Assembly (NCBI RefSeq): GCF_963853765.1
Contig: NC_088858.1
Coordinates: 25,296,001 to 25,360,000 of the forward strand
From: Magallana gigas
Lineage: Eukaryota
Direction of reading: 5' to 3'
Length of the DNA stretch: 64,000 nucleotides
How positions within the stretch are numbered: position 1 is the first letter of the stretch; each line of letters starts with the position of its first letter. The notes under the pieces are model-generated. The model was given only the letters and a program-made list of their open reading frames with translations, was not told where the DNA came from and ran no database searches. Below, in pieces: positions 60,489 to 64,000 of this stretch. The translations under genes were made by a program, and so were the position numbers.

Positions 60489-63400
60489 AACTAGAGCAGA
60501 GCTCGTGGCAAAGCCACGAGTAGGTCTTCCGTTGTTGCTGCAGGTTGAAAATATATGTGATATGGTGTCAAACGATTATAATGACTAAACTTTCAGTTCT
60601 GCTTTTGTTATAAAAACGTGTTATGATTGAAAGCCTGTATATAAAACGTGTTTTGAAAAAGAAAGGAAGAAAATGTTTAAGAAAAACTATTTGTCGAACA
60701 CAGTTTGTGTAATCGTTTCAAAAATTCTTTAAAAAATGAGATGTTTAATGGCGAGTTAAATTTTCAAAGGGTAGCAAGAATTGTTATAAACAGTATGTAC
60801 TCATGATTCATATGCGTAAATTGGAATTCTGGGAAGGAATTAGACAGTCCGTGTTAGAGAAATTCGAAGAAGTTATGAAACTGGTCAGTTTCTAGATCAA
60901 ACTGCGCATTGATATATTAAAGGACTATCATGGGTATCGTCTGTACCCACGGTCCGGAATCCGTATGTGCAGTCATACATTGTATGTACATCGATACACC
61001 TTTACCTCCCCACCTACAGCCATACAAATCAGGGTGCAACCTTTATATACACATGCATAGTATTATAGTTCTGGAATCTATTTATCTTGTATTTTAATAT
61101 ATTGGGTATTCATTGTTCAGCTAAATTTAGTATTCCAGTGGCTGTAGCTAACCTTGTAAGTAAATTAAGTTACATTACAACCTCATAATACACAACTTCA
61201 ATTAAAAGTTGTTTTTTTAAATTAATTTTCATACAATTATCAATAAATAAAATCCCCAATAACGCACATCTATCTCACTTAAGTGTAACTTTGAGAAGCG
61301 CATATATTTTTGGGAGGCAGATATGTCGCTATATTATAGTCTGCAAGTTAAGTGAATTATCATGGTCTTTCAAAGAAATAAGAAATCTGTCGACACTTGC
61401 AGTACTTTGATGATTTCTATGGCGATCGACTGCATTGCATAATGTAGTCGTATTTCCCAAGGATAAAATTTCCTTTGACTTCAAACTTTTAATTATAATA
61501 CATTATGAATTATTATGTTCATAACTATAGAAGTTTAGCGTGTTTAACAGGTTAATTTATTAGCCACATTCTCAGGTTACGATTTCACATCTTCAATGTG
61601 AAGATGATTGACTTCGTATAATAGTCTTATTGTTTATAAAAGCACCCTTCCAACTGTTACTCAATTACATATGTTCTGAGAAGCGACACAAGATTTTCGG
61701 TCGGACGTGGCGATTGAATTAACACAGACTGACCGAATAAACAAACGGGTGGGAAAACGATACACGTTGAGGAGAAAATGTTACACATAAGGAGAAGTCA
61801 CCAAAAATGATTTTCGACAGATCTAGATATCTTTTCGCCAACTTAAAAAAAATCCAGCGCGAGCACTTGTCAGCGGGGCGGGAGGATGGGGGGGGGGGGG
61901 GGCAGCAATGCGTTCGTTCCACATTGAAACGAACAACCATGTAGAAAAAACTACAGAGTGATTAATATGTGGCCGATAGAACCTAATCTTAAGTTGTTTA
62001 AAACTTAATGTGAATATTCTTTAAAATAATCACCAAATGCCTCAATTCAGGACAATTCAGGACATTCTTTTATCGTGCTAGCACCTACCGCAAACATGTA
62101 ACATGGAACTTTGATTATAATTTGATTTGATTTTTAAACTACTTAATCAACTGTACAAGTAAAATAAATTTATCTTTTCATCTTAAACCTATAATAGTTG
62201 AAAACATAATAAAATATAGTTCTGTCCGTGCAAAATATGAAACATGAACGCGTGATAAGGTACATGTAGAAGAACACGAGCCGACCGCGGATCACTTGTC
62301 CACTCGCGCTGGATCTCCTCGGCGAGGGATGATCATCATTTAATATTTGGGGGGGGGGGGGGGGGGTTAAATTTTTTTAGATATACAAACCAACCATTAA
62401 TTCATGTCTGACGATGTTTCCGATTTGGAGTAAATCGTTCATTAATAGTCACTTACACTCAATTTTTTTAATAATTTAAAACAGTTCTTGTATTTACGAC
62501 TATATAAACTCAAACACGTTTATATTCATCTAAGTGTACGTCGCGGTATGCGAAACTTGTGTATTAGATAACCGCTTACCGCTAGTTAGTGCAGCCGTTG
62601 CTGATCTCCTCGGCCGTGGACGAAGGATAGATTACGTAAAGGTACAACGCACAGCTTAGAACCCAGGAAGAATTGAAAAGTTTGCAGTATAATGACCATA
62701 TTCTATCAAATAGAAGTTCTTTATTTTAAACTTGAAACCCACAATTGATCTATGTCTGATATTGCTTTAGATTGAGAATGACATTGCTTTTATTAATTAA
62801 CTGAACGATTTCTTAATAGACACCTAATCGTTTAGTCCATAAACTTTTATGTGTAATCAAAACTAAAACAATTCTTGAGTTTGCGGCTAAATAAAATCAT
62901 ATTTGAGAGAAGCAAAGCTTGTGTATTAGATAACCGCTGACCGCTAGGTAGCCCATCCGCGACCATGGTGACCGATTTTCTCGGCCGCGGGCAAGGGAGA
63001 GTTTCGTTTACTTGGCAAAATTGCCGCGAGAACTGGTCAACACGTATTACTTTTTACCCTCATTATGCAATACCTGAACACAAAAACAGTTTTATGAGAT
63101 CAATAAAGTCACAAACAACATTTTTTGCAGCGACGCCCATATCGAAAAATTTACCGTTTTAGAGTTATGAGGCAAAGAATTTTAAGGGATCTAGACCCCT
63201 CATTTTAGGGGCTAGCCCCTTTTTTATGGTATCAAATGAAAGCTCTTAATATTCTGCACAGCTTTTGTTCTATATGTGACTAGAAAAAATTTACAACTAA
63301 AAAGTTATTGAGCAAATATATAAGCAAAATTTAACATTTTTTGAAACATAAATTTCTATGTAATTTTTTAAGAAGTAAACGTGGGTTAATCAAACATGTA

Positions 63401-63712
63401 AAACTAGGAGGACAACGTTCAAGATGTCTACATTTAAGATTTGTAAATTAAAAGTACTTGCTACGGATCAACTCGGAGCCTTTGCAGGTACACGAGACCC
63501 ACTAAAAAAATATTCAAAGGGGAATAACTCAAAACCGGAAGTACCAATTTCACAACATTTTGTGCTATAGTAAGCTATTGTCATTTCCAATAAACCCTGA
63601 AAATTTAAATGAAATCTAATGACAAACAAGCGAGATATTACAGTTTAAAGAAACGTCTAGAAGAAAAAGAAGAAGAAAAATAATAATGAAGAATTTCCAA
63701 CAGAATCAGTAC

Positions 63713-63746
<34 letters not shown>

Positions 63747-63748
63747 TT
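60489..63748 (-). mobile_element. ~3.26-kb Helentron/Helitron2-type non-autonomous element with both termini
   Basis: One end: AAGGTCTTCCGT-TGGAA-ACGGAAGACCTT hairpin (63713-63741) plus an AAG/AAT microsatellite. Other end: matching subTIR AGGTCTTCCGTT (60522-60533), hairpin CTCGTGGC-AAA-GCCACGAG (60502-60520) and terminal CTAG (60491-60494). Confidence 0.7.
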
Positions 63749-64000
63749 GACGTTTCACCTCGCTTGAATTCTTTTAGATGGAAAGAATGGATCAACTTTC
63801 GGAGTTAAAATTGAAGTTGACAGCAGCACAATATCTCGTACGTTGATACATAGATGTGCATGGTTTCTGCCAAATATCATGCAGATAATGAGATATATAT
63901 TATATATATAATTTGTTTTTGTTTATGGTGTAGAAATTGTGGGTTTTTTTTTTCTATGGCCTGATTATGTGATTCTGTTCAATTTTAAGGAGGACCTTCG

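Overview
This is an AT-rich animal genomic window, almost certainly from a Crassostrea/Magallana-type oyster, judged from the Cg170-like satellite, pearl/Helentron repeats and TACATGTA enrichment. No prokaryotic features (CRISPR, operons, rRNA, intact tRNA) were found. The window is dominated by one complete + strand fibrocystin-L (PKHD1L1-like) gene. I traced 54 coding exons by hand from ATG 16472 to TGA 57428, all GT-AG and phase-compatible, giving 13,779 nt and about 4,592 aa. Its architecture is signal peptide, KRINGLE, IPT/TIG x3, PA14, IPT/TIG and cupredoxin-like array (14 TIG in total), G8, PbH1 beta-helix, G8, PbH1, Ig-like, SEA-like, transmembrane helix and a 79-aa tail. The most striking observation is a phase 1-1 kringle exon (17809-18066), missed by the ORF track, between the signal peptide and the first TIG domain. 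I do not know this architecture from vertebrate PKHD1/PKHD1L1. The protein also has a juxtamembrane SEA-like G|SIFV motif, two furin sites and an FxNxxY-containing tail. Upstream is a small partial gene with two TSP1 domains (8532-10155) and a 146-N assembly gap. Introns and flanks hold many non-autonomous transposons: an internally deleted Tigger/pogo with its MITEs, Kolobok-like TTAA elements, Helentron/pearl elements, an 8-bp-TSD element, a TPRT retro-insertion, SINE and LINE remnants, and long hairpin elements with GAAG loops. Coordinates were read by eye and no database searches were run.
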